A stretch of 64,000 nt of DNA. It comes from an uncultured Actinomycetes bacterium (GTDB lineage: Bacteria; Actinomycetota; Actinomycetes; Streptosporangiales; Streptosporangiaceae). Shown piece after piece: positions 8,607 to 18,983 of this stretch. Numbering within the stretch: the stretch's first letter is position 1; each line of letters opens with the position of its first letter. A program made the translations under genes and the position numbers. The stretch is from the NCBI GenBank assembly GCA_963793825.1, contig CAWCBE010000009.1, positions 11,356 to 75,355 of the forward strand, written 5' to 3'. The notes beneath the pieces were generated by a model. The model saw only the letters and a list, made by a program, of their open reading frames with translations. It searched no databases and was not told where the DNA came from.

Positions 8607-9490
8607 ATGGCCGCAGGCAGGGCATATGCAAGCAGTGACCGCCGCCACGCGGGACGACCAGGCGTGATGGCCACTCCCACCGGCACCCAGGCCGTGGACC
8701 GGGCCGCCCGGCTGGTCACCGAGGTGGTGCACGCGCCCGACTCGGTGACGTTCACCGAGCTGGCCGCGGCCACCGGGCTGGCCAAGAGCACCACCTCCCG
8801 GCTGCTGCTCGCGCTGGAGCGCGGCGGCCTGGTCCGGCGGGACGACGACGGCCGGTTCTCCCCCGGCGAGGTGTTCGTCCGGTACGCCTGGCGCGGCGGC
8901 GCGGAAGCCGGGCTCATCGAGGTGGCCCGGCCGTTCCTGGACCGGCTCGGCGAGGCGACCGGCGAGACCGTCAACCTGGGCGTGGCCCGGGACGGCCTGG
9001 TCGAGCAGATCGCCCAGGTGGACAGCAGGTACCTGATCGGCGGCACCAACTGGGTCGGCCTGCCGGTGCCGCTGCACTGCGCCGCGCTGGGCAAGGTGCT
9101 GCTGGCCTACGGCGCGGCGCAGCTGCCGCCCGGCCGGCTGGAGGCCCGCACCAGCCGGACGCATCACCAGCCGCGCTGCCCTGGAGGACGACCTGCGCCA
9201 GGTCCGCCGGCTGCGGCTACGCGGTCACCGACGAGGAACTGGAGCCGGGCCTGGTCGCGGTGGCCGCGCCGGTCTTCCGGGACGGCGCGGTCGTGGTCGC
9301 CGCGCTGTCGGTGTCCGCGCCGGCCAGCCGGGTCGGCCCGGCCCGGATCCCCGCCGTGGCCGCGCAGTGCGTGGCCCAGGCGGACGCCCTGTCCGCCGTC
9401 CTCGGCCACCGCCCGCCGCCGACCCGGCCGGAGCGCGAACCGTCCGTAACCGGATCCCCCGCCAGGCAACAGAGAGAAGGTGCCTCGTGA
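8598..9490 (+). pseudogene. IclR-family transcriptional regulator interrupted by two successive +1 frame changes (about 9150-9162 and about 9211-9215)
   Basis: HTH part in ORF 8598..9449 (VTFTELAAATGLAKSTTSRLLLALERGGLV; the likely true start is ATG 8667). The middle segment ITSRAALEDDLRQVRR is in the second frame. The C-terminus YAVTDEELEPGLVAVAAPVFRDGAVVVAALSVSAP is in the third frame (ORF 9260..9490). Its stop overlaps the next start (GTGA 9487-9490). Confidence 0.75.
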
Positions 9491-10152
9491 CGCAGGACGA
9501 GCTGCTCCGCCAGCTCTACGACTTCACCCTGGTCGGCAACGCGCCCGAGGTGCTCAGCCTGACCAACGCCGGCCTGGAGATGGGGCTCGGCCCGGAAACC
9601 CTGCTCTACGAGGCGCTGATCCCCTCCCTGGAAGAGGTGGGCGCCCGGTTCGAGCGCGGCGACTTCTTCGTCCCGGAGATGCTCATCGCGGGCAAGGCGA
9701 TGGCCGGGGCGCTGGAAATCCTCCGCCCGCTGCTGGCCGAGACCGGCGCCGAGTCGATCGGCACCATCGTGATGGGCACGGTCAAGGGCGACGTGCACGA
9801 CATCGGCAAGAACCTGGTCAACATCATGTTCGAGGGGGCCGGGTTCCAGGTCATCGACCTCGGCGTGCAGGTCGCCCCGGAGAAGTTCGTGGCCGCGATC
9901 CGCGAGCACCAGCCGGACATCGTCGGCTTCTCCGCGTTCCTCACCACCACGATGCCGATGTTCAAGGCGAACATCAACGCGCTGCAGAAGGCCGGGCTGC
10001 GCGACCAGGTGATCGTGATGGTCGGCGGCGCCCCGGTCACCCAGGAGTACGCCGACGTGGTCGGCGCGGACGGGTACGCGGCCGACGCGTCCGCCGCGGT
10101 GGTCCGGGCCAAGGAACTGCTGCAGCGGCGCCGCGCCGTGGCCCCGGCCTAG
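9487..10152 (+). CDS. Cobalamin-binding corrinoid protein (MtbC/MttC/MtgC-like)
   Basis: GTG 9487 is in frame in ORF 9367..10152, preceded by gagagaagg. B12-binding motif GDVHDIGKN (DxHxxG) followed by ...GFSAFLTTTMP...VMVGGAPV. Confidence 0.85.
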   Translation: MTQDELLRQLYDFTLVGNAPEVLSLTNAGLEMGLGPETLLYEALIPSLEEVGARFERGDFFVPEMLIAGKAMAGALEILRPLLAETGAESIGTIVMGTVKGDVHDIGKNLVNIMFEGAGFQVIDLGVQVAPEKFVAAIREHQPDIVGFSAFLTTTMPMFKANINALQKAGLRDQVIVMVGGAPVTQEYADVVGADGYAADASAAVVRAKELLQRRRAVAPA

Positions 10153-10198
10153 GAAGGACGCCCATGGAAACAGTGCTCCGGTCGGCTCGCGCGAGGTC

Positions 10199-11088
10199 GT
10201 GATCGGCCCGGACCGGCCGTTCTGCATCATCGGCGAGCGGATCAACCCGACCGGCCGGAAGATCTTCCAGGAGCAGCTGCGCCGCGGCGACCTGTCCCGG
10301 ATCGAGATCGACGTGGCCCAGCAGGTGGCGGGCGGCGCCATGGTGCTGGACGTGAACATGGGCGCGCCGCTGGCCGACGAGGCCGAGCTGATGGTGGCCG
10401 CGGTCAAGCTGATCCAGGGCGCATGCGACCTGCCGCTGTGCATCGACTCCTCGATCATCGAGGTGCTGGACGCCGGCCTGGCCGCCTACGAGGGCAAGGC
10501 GCTGGTCAACTCGGTCACCGCCGAGGACGAGCGGCTGGACGCGATCCTGCCGCTGGTCAAGAAGTACGGCGCGGCGGTCATCGCGCTGCCCAACGACGAG
10601 GAGGAGATCCCGGACGACCCCCGGCAGCGGCTGGAGCTGGCCCGCAAGATCATCGACGTGGCGACCGGCCGGTTCGGCATCCCGCTCTAGGACATCGTCA
10701 TCGACCCGCTGGCCATGCCGGTCGGCGCGGACACCTCGCTGGTCGGCAAGACCCTGGAGACGATCGAGCTGCTGCGCGCCGAGTTCGGGGTGAACACCAC
10801 GCTGGGCGCGTCCAACGTGTCGTTCGGCATGCCGGACCGGCACACGATCGGCGCCTCGTTCCTGCCGATGGCCATCCGCTGCGGGCTGACCAGCGCCATC
10901 CTGGACGCCCGGTCGCCGCAGATCGTCCGCGCGGTGCAGGCCGCCGACCTGCTCCTCGACCGCGATCCGTGGGGCGCGGCCTGGATCGCCGCCCACCGCG
11001 CGCAGCAGGCCAGGCCCAGCACGCCCAGCAAGCACCGGCCCAGCAAGCACCGGCCCAGCAGGCCGCCGCCCGGCCAGCCGCGACGTGA
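10199..11088 (+). pseudogene. Methyl-tetrahydrofolate:corrinoid methyltransferase (pterin-binding, AcsE/MetH-like) with an in-frame TAG at 10688-10690 and an implied frame change near its 3' end
   Basis: ORF 10199..10690 (MIGPDRPFCIIGERINPTGRK...GIPL*) continues in the same frame as ORF 10715.. (DIVIDPLAMPVGADTS...LGASNVSFGMPDRH...). That frame has no stop until 13048. Only another frame stops at 11086-11088, overlapping the next start (GTGA). Confidence 0.75.
11026..11070. repeat. 15-bp tandem repeat x3 (cagcaagcaccggcc) at the 3' end of the pterin methyltransferase gene
   Basis: Direct reading: 11026-11040, 11041-11055, and a diverged third unit. Confidence 0.8.
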
Positions 11089-12962
11089 CGACCGCGCAGG
11101 CCCGGGACGCCGGCCTGGCCGGGACCGGGCCGGCCCGGGTCGACCTGCTGTTCGAGCCGGGCGGCCGCCGGGTCCGGGTGCCCGCCGGGGTCACCGTGTT
11201 CGACGCGGCCAGCTGGAACGGCATCGCCATCGACTCGACCTGCGGCGGCCACGGCACCTGCAAGAAGTGCAAGGTGCGGATGCTGGACGGGGCCGCGGCG
11301 CCGTCGTCGCTGGACATCCGCGCGTTCTCCCCCGACGAGCTGCGCGCGGGCTGGCGGCTGGCCTGCCGGGTGCAGGCGGCCGGGGACGCCCGGGTGGAGG
11401 TGCCGCCGCTGGTCACCCGGCCCAAGGCGGCCACCGTCGGGGTGGGCCGCCAGGTCATCCTGCGGCCCGCGGTGCAGAAGCGCTACCTGGAGCTGGCCGA
11501 GCCGTCACTGGCCGACCAGCGCAGCGACCTCGAGCGGGTGCTGGACGCGCTGGACGACCTGGAGCTGCGGGCCGACCTGCACGCGGCCCGGGTGGTCGGC
11601 CGGGTGCTGCGGGCCGCGGACTACCAGGTCACCGCGGTGATCGTGGACGACGTGCTGATCGACGTGCAGCCCGGGGACACCACCGGGCGGGTCTACGGCA
11701 TCGCGTTCGACCTGGGCACCACGACGGTCGTCGCCACGCTGCTGGACCTGTCCACCGGGACCCCGGCCGCGGTGGCCTCGTCGCTGAACGCCCAGCAGCC
11801 GTTCGGCGCGGACGTGATCACCCGGATCAGCGCGACGATGATGGACCCGGCCGCGCTGGGCCGGCTGACCGCGCTGGCCCACGAGACGCTGGCCAGCCTG
11901 GCCGCCGAGGTGTGCGCGGAGGCCGGGGCCGACCCGGCCGACGTGTACGAGATCGCGCTGGCCGGCAACGCCACCATGACCCACATCGCGCTGGGCATCG
12001 ACCCGGAGCCGCTCGGCGTGGCGCCGTTCATCCTGGCCGCCCGGCTGCTGCCCGAGGTGCTCGCCGCCGACCTGGGGGTGGCGGTGCACCCGCGGGCCCG
12101 GGCCGTGGTGTTCCCCCCGTTCGGCGCGTACGTGGGCGGCGACATCACGGCCGGCCTGCTCGCCTCCGGCATGGACCGGGACGCCCGGGTCCGGCTGTTC
12201 ATCGACATCGGCACGAACTGCGAGATCGTGCTGGGCAACCGGGACTGGCTGCTGGCCACCGCGGCCCCGGCCGGCCCGGCCTTCGAGGGCGCGGCCATCC
12301 GCTGCGGGATGCGCGCCGCGGACGGCGCCATCGAGGTCGTCTCGATGACGCCGGACGGCCTGGAACTCCAGGTCATCGGGGACGCCGAGCCGGCCGGGCT
12401 GTGCGGGTCCGGGCTGGTGGACGCGGTCACCGGGCTGGTCCGGCTGGGGCTGCTCGACGGCTCGGGCCGGCTCGTCCCGGAGGCCGACGCGGCCGCGCTG
12501 GCCCCGGGCCTGGCCGGCCGGCTGACCACGCTGGGTGCGGAACGGGTCTTCGTGCTGCACTGGCTGGGCGAGCCGGGGGACGTGCAAGCGTCGGTGTACC
12601 TGTCCCAGCGGGACGTCCGGGAACTGCAGTTCGCCAAGGCGGCCATCGCCACCGGCTGGCGGATCCTGCTCGAGGAGGCGGGCCTGGCGGCCGGGGACAT
12701 CCAGCAGGTGCTGCTGGCCGGGTCGTTCGGCAGCTACCTGTCCCCGGGCAACGCGATCCGGCTCGGGCTGGTGCCGGACATCCCGGTGCTGCGGGTGGTC
12801 AGCGCCGGGAACGTGGCCGGCGAGGGGGCCAAGATGGCGCTGCTGTCCGTCCGGGAGCGGGCCGCCGGGCTGGCCCTGCTGGAGGAGGTGAGGTATGTCG
12901 AGCTCTCCGACCGCGCCGACTTCAACGACCGCTTCATCGACCAGCTGGCCTTCCCCGGCTGA
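11085..12962 (+). CDS. Corrinoid reductive-activation protein (RACo/RamA-like: N-terminal 2Fe-2S ferredoxin domain plus ASKHA/DUF4445 domain)
   Basis: 625-aa track ORF. Cys cluster STCGGHGTCKKCKV; ASKHA-type GIAFDLGTTTVVATLLDL and FIDIGTNCEIVLG...AAPAGPAFEG. Confidence 0.85.
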   Translation: MTTAQARDAGLAGTGPARVDLLFEPGGRRVRVPAGVTVFDAASWNGIAIDSTCGGHGTCKKCKVRMLDGAAAPSSLDIRAFSPDELRAGWRLACRVQAAGDARVEVPPLVTRPKAATVGVGRQVILRPAVQKRYLELAEPSLADQRSDLERVLDALDDLELRADLHAARVVGRVLRAADYQVTAVIVDDVLIDVQPGDTTGRVYGIAFDLGTTTVVATLLDLSTGTPAAVASSLNAQQPFGADVITRISATMMDPAALGRLTALAHETLASLAAEVCAEAGADPADVYEIALAGNATMTHIALGIDPEPLGVAPFILAARLLPEVLAADLGVAVHPRARAVVFPPFGAYVGGDITAGLLASGMDRDARVRLFIDIGTNCEIVLGNRDWLLATAAPAGPAFEGAAIRCGMRAADGAIEVVSMTPDGLELQVIGDAEPAGLCGSGLVDAVTGLVRLGLLDGSGRLVPEADAAALAPGLAGRLTTLGAERVFVLHWLGEPGDVQASVYLSQRDVRELQFAKAAIATGWRILLEEAGLAAGDIQQVLLAGSFGSYLSPGNAIRLGLVPDIPVLRVVSAGNVAGEGAKMALLSVRERAAGLALLEEVRYVELSDRADFNDRFIDQLAFPG

Positions 12963-13030
12963 TCCGGCTGATCAGGCTGGTCACGCTGGCCCGGCCGGTC
13001 ACGCTGATCAGGCTGGTCACGCTGGTCCGG
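12959..13030. repeat. 9-bp periodic tandem array x8 (ctgatcagg/ctggtcacg-type units)
   Basis: Direct reading. It begins on the RACo stop codon (12960-12962) and ends just before the DUF1638-like conserved region. Confidence 0.85.
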
Positions 13031-13044
13031 CGCCGCGGGCGGCG

Positions 13045-13641
13045 GTGATCGCCTGCGGCGCGCTGGCCGGGCACGTCCGGGAGATCGCCGGCCGCCGGGG
13101 CTGGCCGGTGGAGGTGCACCCGGTGGCGTCGCTGCTGCACAACCGGCCGGCCGCGATCGCCCCGGAGGTGGAGCGGCTGGCCCGGGCCGCGCAGGGGCGC
13201 GGCCTGCCGGTCGCGGTCGGCTACGCCGACTGCGGCACCTACGGCGCGCTGGACGAGGTGTGCGCGCGGCTCGGGCTGCGGCGGCTGCCCGGGCTGCACT
13301 GCTACGACGTGCTGGCCGGGCCGTCCCGGGTGGCCGCGCTGCTGGCCGGAGAGCCCGGCACGTACCTGCTGACCGACTTCCTGGTGCGCAGTTTCCGCCG
13401 CTCGGTGCTGGCCGAGCTGGGCCTGGACCGGTACCCGGAGCTGTGGCCGGACTACTTCGGGCACTACCGCCGGGTCGTCTGGCTGGCCCAGTCCGCGGAC
13501 CCGGCCCTGGAGGCCGAGGCGCGGGCGGTGGCGGAGATGTTCGGCCTCCCGCTGACGGTGATCGACACCGGCACGGCCGGGCTGGAACACGAGCTGGAAC
13601 GGCTGCTGGCGGGCGGGGCGGAACGGTGCTGCGCGGGCTAG
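13045..13641 (+). CDS. DUF1638 domain protein, a common companion of corrinoid methyltransferase clusters
   Basis: In ORF 12895..13641. The conserved part starts VIACGALAGHVREI... at GTG 13045. The ATG at 12895 is an alternative start that would translate the 9-bp repeat array. Confidence 0.6.
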   Translation: MIACGALAGHVREIAGRRGWPVEVHPVASLLHNRPAAIAPEVERLARAAQGRGLPVAVGYADCGTYGALDEVCARLGLRRLPGLHCYDVLAGPSRVAALLAGEPGTYLLTDFLVRSFRRSVLAELGLDRYPELWPDYFGHYRRVVWLAQSADPALEAEARAVAEMFGLPLTVIDTGTAGLEHELERLLAGGAERCCAG

Positions 13642-14510
13642 GGACCCGGCGCGGGCTGCTGAGCGCGGCGCCGCTGCTGGCCCACCCGCGCTATGAGGTG
13701 TTCCCGGCGGCGTCGGCAGAAGACCAGGTCACCGAGTGGGTGTCGCCCGGGATGACGGTGACGGTGACCGCGTCCCCGGCCAAGGGCCTGGACGCCACGC
13801 TCAGCCTGGCCGAGCGGCTGGCCCGGCACGGCTACCGGGTCGTCCCGCACGTGTCGGCCCGGCTGGTGGTCGACGACGCGCACCTGGCCGACATCGTGGC
13901 CCGGCTGACCGCCTGCGGGGTGGACGACATCTTCGTGCCTGCCGGGGACGCCGACCCGCCGGCCGGCCGGTTCGACAGCGCCCTGCCCCTGCTGGCCCGG
14001 CTCACCGAGATGGGCCGCCCGTTCACCCGGGTCGGCATCACCGGGTACCCGGAGAGCCATCCGCGGATCGGCGACGACATCACCGTCCAGGCCATGTGGG
14101 ACAAGCGGCAGCACTCCTCCTACATCGTGAGCAACCTGTGCTTCGACCCGGTGCTGCTGCGCCGCTGGATCGAGCGGATCCGGGCCCGGGGCGTGACGCT
14201 CCCGCTGTACGTGGGGCTGGCCGGCCCGGTGGACCGGGCCCGGCTGCTGCGGATGGCCGCGGTGGCGGGGGTGGCCGAGTCGGCCCGGTTCCTCACCGGT
14301 CACGCCGACTGGTTCCTCCGCCTCGGGATCCCCGGCGGGTACAGCCCGGAGCGGCTGCTGGAACGGACCGGGACGGCGCTGGCCACCCCGGCCTCGGCGG
14401 TCGCCGGGCTGCACCTGTTCACGTTCAACCAGCTCAAGCAGACCGAGCAGTGGCGCCGGGCGCTGCTGGAGCGGCTGGCCGGGCCGGGCAGCAGCCAGCT
14501 GGCCATCTGA
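13626..14510 (+). CDS. metF: Methylenetetrahydrofolate reductase (MetF-like)
   Basis: C-terminal 294 aa of ORF 13260..14510, from GTG 13626: YEVFPAAS...VTVTASPAKGLDATL...VVPHVSARL...ITGYPESHP...SNLCFDP...LHLFTFN. Confidence 0.8.
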   Translation: MLRGLGTRRGLLSAAPLLAHPRYEVFPAASAEDQVTEWVSPGMTVTVTASPAKGLDATLSLAERLARHGYRVVPHVSARLVVDDAHLADIVARLTACGVDDIFVPAGDADPPAGRFDSALPLLARLTEMGRPFTRVGITGYPESHPRIGDDITVQAMWDKRQHSSYIVSNLCFDPVLLRRWIERIRARGVTLPLYVGLAGPVDRARLLRMAAVAGVAESARFLTGHADWFLRLGIPGGYSPERLLERTGTALATPASAVAGLHLFTFNQLKQTEQWRRALLERLAGPGSSQLAI

Positions 14511-14693
14511 CTAAGAAGCCCACGCAATTCCGTCCGCATCGACATAGGCTGTGCATTGCAACTGATCCGCTCAGTTGTCGTGGGCGGCAGGTTCTTGCAA
14601 CGACGGCATGTGCTCGTGTTTGTCCGGCTGCTTTAGGGAGCCATCGGTGAGCAGGCAGGCAGCGACCAGGTCACCGCGGTCCGGGGCCGTTTC

Positions 14694-17133
14694 GTGGCCC
14701 CGCGGCTAGTCGAATGGCCGCTGCGGTGCGGGCCGGTACCGCCGCTGGCCGACTGCCACAGCCCCCGCCCGGAGACCGGCATGGGACTGATCGGGAAGCT
14801 GGACCCGGGCGACACGTTAGTGCTCACCGCGGCGGGCGCCCCGGGCTCCCCGCGGCAGGCCGCGCTCGGCGGCAGCGGCAAGACCCAGCTCGCCGCCGCG
14901 CTGGCCCACTCGCTGTGGGATGCCCGCGGGGTTGACCTGCTCGTCTGGGTCTGCGCGACCAGCCGGGAGGCCATCCGCGGCGGCTACGCGCTGGCCCTCG
15001 CCGATCTTGGCGCCGCCGACCCGGACGATGGCCTGGCGGCCGCCGCCGAGCGCTTCCTGGCCTGGCTGTCCGGCACCGAGCGGCGCTGGCTGGTGGTCCT
15101 CGACGACCTGGCCGACCCGGCCGACCTGGACGGCCTGTGGCCGGAGAGCACCGAGGGCCGGGTGCTGGTCACCACCCGGCGGGAGGACGGCCTGGCCGCG
15201 CCGAACCGCCGTCTCGCCGGGGTCGGCGCGTTCAGCATGCGGGAGTCGCTGGCCTACCTGACCGCGCGGCTGACCACCGACCCGGGACAGCGCACCGAGG
15301 CTCTCGACCTGGCCACGGACCTGGACGGCCAGCCGCTGGCGCTGGGCCACGCCACCGCCGCGATGATCTGCACCGGGGGTAGCTGCCGTGACTACCGGGG
15401 CTGGTTCCACGACCGCCGGCGGCGGCTGGCCAGCGCCGACCCGCTCTCCCGGGCCACCGACCCGCTGGCCGGGCCGGCGGCCGCCCCCGGGATCACCGAC
15501 GTCACCTGGTCCCTCGCCATCGACCTGGCCGACCAGATCCCCCCGGCCGGGTTCGCCCGGCCGATGCTGGCGCTGGCCGCGCTGCTCGACCCGGCCGGCA
15601 TCCCGGGCGTGGTCTTCACCAGCCCGGCCGCCTGCGGCTACCTCAGCGGCCACCCGGCCATGCCCGCCGACCCGGGGCACGCGCGGGAGGCCGTGCACAA
15701 CCTGGCCCGGGCCGGGCTGGTCACCATCAACCCGGCCAGCACCACCCGGACCGTCCAGCTGCATCCGCTGGTGCAGGCGATGGCCCGGGCCGCGATCCCG
15801 GAGGCCGAATTCGAGCACGCGGTGAAGTCCGCGGCGGACGCGCTCTACCAGGCGTGGCCCGGCCAGCAGGCCCCGCCGCGACTGGCCCAGGCACTGCGGG
15901 ACTGCGCTGACCCGGCTCCGGGAGTGCGCCGGCGACGTGCTGTGGCAGCCGGAGGCCCACCCGGTCTTACTCAGGGCGGGCGAGAGCCTGTCCAGCGGGG
16001 AGGTGAGCGGCGCGGCCGTGGCCTACTGGCTGGCGCTGCTGGACACCGCGGCCCGGGTGCTCGGCCCGGCGCACCCGCAGACGCTGCTCTGCCGGGACGG
16101 CCTGGCCGCCGCGTACGAGGCGGCCGGGCGGCTGGACGAGGCCCTCGCCGTGCACGAGCGCACCCTGGCCGAGCGGCAGCAGGGGCTGGGGAACGACCAT
16201 CCGGACACGCTGGCCTCCTGCGGCCACCTGGCCCGGGTCTACGCAGCGGCGGACCGTCACTCCGACGCGCTGCCGCAGTACGAGCGGGTGGTCGCCGACC
16301 GCGAATGGGTGCTCGGGGCCCGGCATCCGGACACCCTGGCCGCGCGCAGCGACCTGGCCGCCGCCTACCTGGCCGCGGGCCGCCAGGACCAGGCCCTGCC
16401 GCTCTACGAGCAGACCCTCGCCGACCTGGAACGGAGCATGGGCCCGGCCCATCCGGACACGCTCGCCGCCCGGGCCGGGCTGGCCCAGGCGTACCACGCC
16501 GCCGGCCAGCTCAAGCAGGCCGTCCCGCTGTACGAGCGGAGCCTGGCCGAGCGGGAACGGACCCAGGGCCCGGACCACCCGGACACGGTCAGCGCGCGGG
16601 CCGACCTGGCCTACGCCTACCGGACCGCGGACCGGATGAAGCTGGCGCTGCCGCAGTACGAGCGGGTCGTCGCCGACCGGGAGCGGACGCTGGGCAGCTA
16701 TCACCCGGACACGCTGACGGCCCGCGGGAACCTGGCCAACGCCTACCTCGCCGCCCGGCGGGTCAAGGACGCGGTGACCGTCTACGAGCGGACCCTGACC
16801 GACCGGGAGATGGCCCAGGGCACCGACGACACCGACACCCTGACCGCCCGCGGCAACCTGGCCAACGCCTACCACTCGGCGGGCCGGCTCAAGGACGCCC
16901 TCCCGCTCTATGAGCAGACGCTGGCCGACTGCGAGCGGGTGCTCGGCCCCACCCACCAGGCCACCCTCACATCCCGGGCCAACCTGGCGTCCGCGTACCA
17001 CGCCGCGCTCCGGCTCACCGACGCGATCACCGTGTTCGAGCGCACCCTCGCGGACTGCGAGCAGGGCCTCGGCCCGGACCACCCGCTGACCCGGGCCGTC
17101 CGGGAGAACCTCGAGGCGGCCAGCCGGACCTGA
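14694..17133 (+). pseudogene. NB-ARC (STAND) NTPase with C-terminal TPR repeats, split by a +1 frame change at about 15909-15918
   Basis: ORF 14694.. carries the P-loop GGSGKTQLAAALAH, WLVVLDDLAD and RVLVTTR. ORF 15937..17133 carries about 9 TPR_10/12-like units (HPDTLxxRxxLAxAYxxAGR...). Removing one C from gacccggctc joins ...LRDCADRLRECAGDVLWQPE.... Confidence 0.75.
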
Positions 17134-17145
17134 GCGGCCGGATGC

Positions 17146-18215
17146 TCAGCCGCGGTCCCTCAGCGCGGCGACCAGCGCCGGGATAACCTCAGCCAGGTCC
17201 CCGATGACCGCGTAGTCGGCCCGGGACATGATCGGGGCCGCCGGGTCGGTGTTGACCACGATGATGTGCTTGGCGCTGCCGCAGCCCGCCATGTGCTGGA
17301 TCGCCCCGCTGATCCCGCAGGCCAGGTACAGCTCCGGGGTGATCTTCGTGCCGGTCTGGCCGACCTGCTGGGTGTGCGGCCGCCAGCCCTGGCTGGTCAC
17401 CACCCGGGACACCCCGACCACCCCGCCGAGCAGCCCGGCCAGCTCCTCCAGCGGGGCGAAGCCGTCCGGGCCGCCGACCCCGCGGCCGCCGCCGACCACC
17501 ACCCGCGCGGTGGCCAGCGACACCCCGCCGCCCTGGTCGGCGGACACCGCCGCGCGGACCCGCAGGTCCGCCTCGGTCAGCTCGGGCTTGTGCTGGTGCA
17601 CCACGGGCAGCGGCGCGGCGGCGCCCGTGGCCGCCTCGCCCATGCCCGCCTCGCCCGCGCCCGCCTCGCCCGTACCCGCCCCGCCCGGGTCCGCCCCGCC
17701 CGGGTCCGCCGCGTCCGCGGACACCGTGGCCAGCGCGGGCGAGCCTTCCAGCACCGCGTCTTCCAGCAGCAGGCCGGCCCAGCGCTGCCGGACCAGCCGG
17801 TAGGTCCGGCCGGGGGCCGGGGTGATTTCCAGGCAGTTCGCGGCCACCGGCTGGCCGGTGATCGCGCCCAGGTAGGCCATCACCTCGCTGCCCCGGTCGG
17901 TGGCCGCGGCCAGCACTGCGGCCGCCCCGCCGGCCCGGCCGCCCCGCCCGGCCCGGCCAGCCCGGCCAGCACCCGGGCCCAGGCGCGCGGCGCGTACCCG
18001 TCCAGCTGGTCCGGCTGCACCGCGTGGACCTCGCCGACCCCGGCCGCGCCGAGCACGTCCAGCGGCAGCCGGCCGGCCGTGCCGAACGTCACCGCGAGCA
18101 GCGGGCCGCCCCCGTCCGCCCCGGCGGCCAGCCCGCGGGCCAGGGCCAGCGCGCGCAGCGAGGCGTCCACGACGGCATCCGCGGAGTCCAGCTCGACCAG
18201 GCAGAGCACGCTCAC
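17146..18215 (-). pseudogene. etfA: Electron transfer flavoprotein alpha subunit, with a frame change in a GC-repetitive stretch at about 17900-17960
   Basis: The N-terminus from GTG 18215 (MSVLCLVELDSADAVVDASLRALALARGL...YAPRAWARVLAGLAG) is in the frame of ORF 17880..18551. The remainder (AAVLAAATDRGSEVMAYLG... GISGAIQHMAG...IVVNTDPAAPI) is in ORF 17146..18264. Confidence 0.8.
17630..17719. repeat. 15-bp tandem repeat x6 inside etfA, encoding a pentapeptide-repeat linker
   Basis: Units of gcccgcctcgcccgc type. They translate (minus strand) as ADPGGADPGGAGTGEAGAGEAGMGEAA between the two EtfA domains. Confidence 0.8.
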
Positions 18216-18978
18216 CGCAGCACCCCCAGCTCCTCCAGCACCCGGACCAGCGCGGGCACCGCACCGGCCCCGGTGCCCAGCACGGTGGCCTGCTGGCGCT
18301 GCTCGGCGGGCACCCGCAGCCCGGTCATCCGCAGCCCTTCTGGCTGCCAGTCCGGGTGGTACTCCTCGATCACCGCCCGCTTGGCCCGCAGCCGCCCGGG
18401 CAGCGAGGGATACCGGGGCAGGTTGATGCCCTCCTTGACGGTGATCACCGCGGGCAGCCGGAATTCGAAGGTCTCCTCGCTGCCCCGGTACTCCCGCCGG
18501 GCCCGGGCCCGGCCGCCGGAGATAGCCAGGTGCTTGATGCCGGTCGCGCACGGCCAGCCGAGGTCCTCGGCGACCCGGATCCCGACCTGGTAGTCACCGG
18601 TGTCGGCCGCCTCGTTGCCGAGCAGCAGCAGGTCATAGCCCGCCCCGTCGGCGGCCTGGCGGCGCACCTGGGCGGCGATCGCGGCGGCGGTCGCGACCGG
18701 GCCCCACTCCCGGCCGTCGGTCTCCAGCAGGATGGCCCGCCCGGCGCCGAGGGCCAGGGTGTCGCGCAGCTGCTCGGCGGCCGCGGCCGGTCCCAGCGTC
18801 AGCACCGTGACGTTCCCCCCCAACGTCCCGTCAGCTGGACTGCCTCCTCCACGGCGCACTCCTCGTGCGGGCTGATGGCGAACCCCGACATCCGGGTGTC
18901 CACCTCCTGCCCGCCCGCGGTGACCACGATCCGGCCGCCGACCTGGGGCACCCGCTTGACGCAGACGCAGATCTCCAT
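18212..18978 (-). pseudogene. etfB: Electron transfer flavoprotein beta subunit, frame-shifted inside a C7 (G7 in sense) homopolymer at 18815-18821
   Basis: The N-terminus from ATG 18978 (MEICVCVKRVPQVGGRIVV...ISPHEECAVEEAVQLTGRWGG) is in the frame of ORF 18799..19836. The remainder (NVTVLTLGPAAAAEQLRDTLALGAGRAILL...) is in ORF 18212..18859. Its stop overlaps the etfA start (GTGA 18212-18215). Confidence 0.8.
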
Positions 18979-18983
18979 GCCGG

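Noticed and set aside
10164-10201. A further frameshift at the 5' end of the pterin methyltransferase. ATG 10164 has a strong AGGAAGGA RBS and gives METVLRSARARS*, which would join ...EVVIGPDRPF if one G were added.
   Set aside because: AcsE-type homologues can start directly at the ..IIGERIN.. segment, and GTG 10199 gives a complete domain. The evidence for an extra indel here is therefore only suggestive, and I did not count it.
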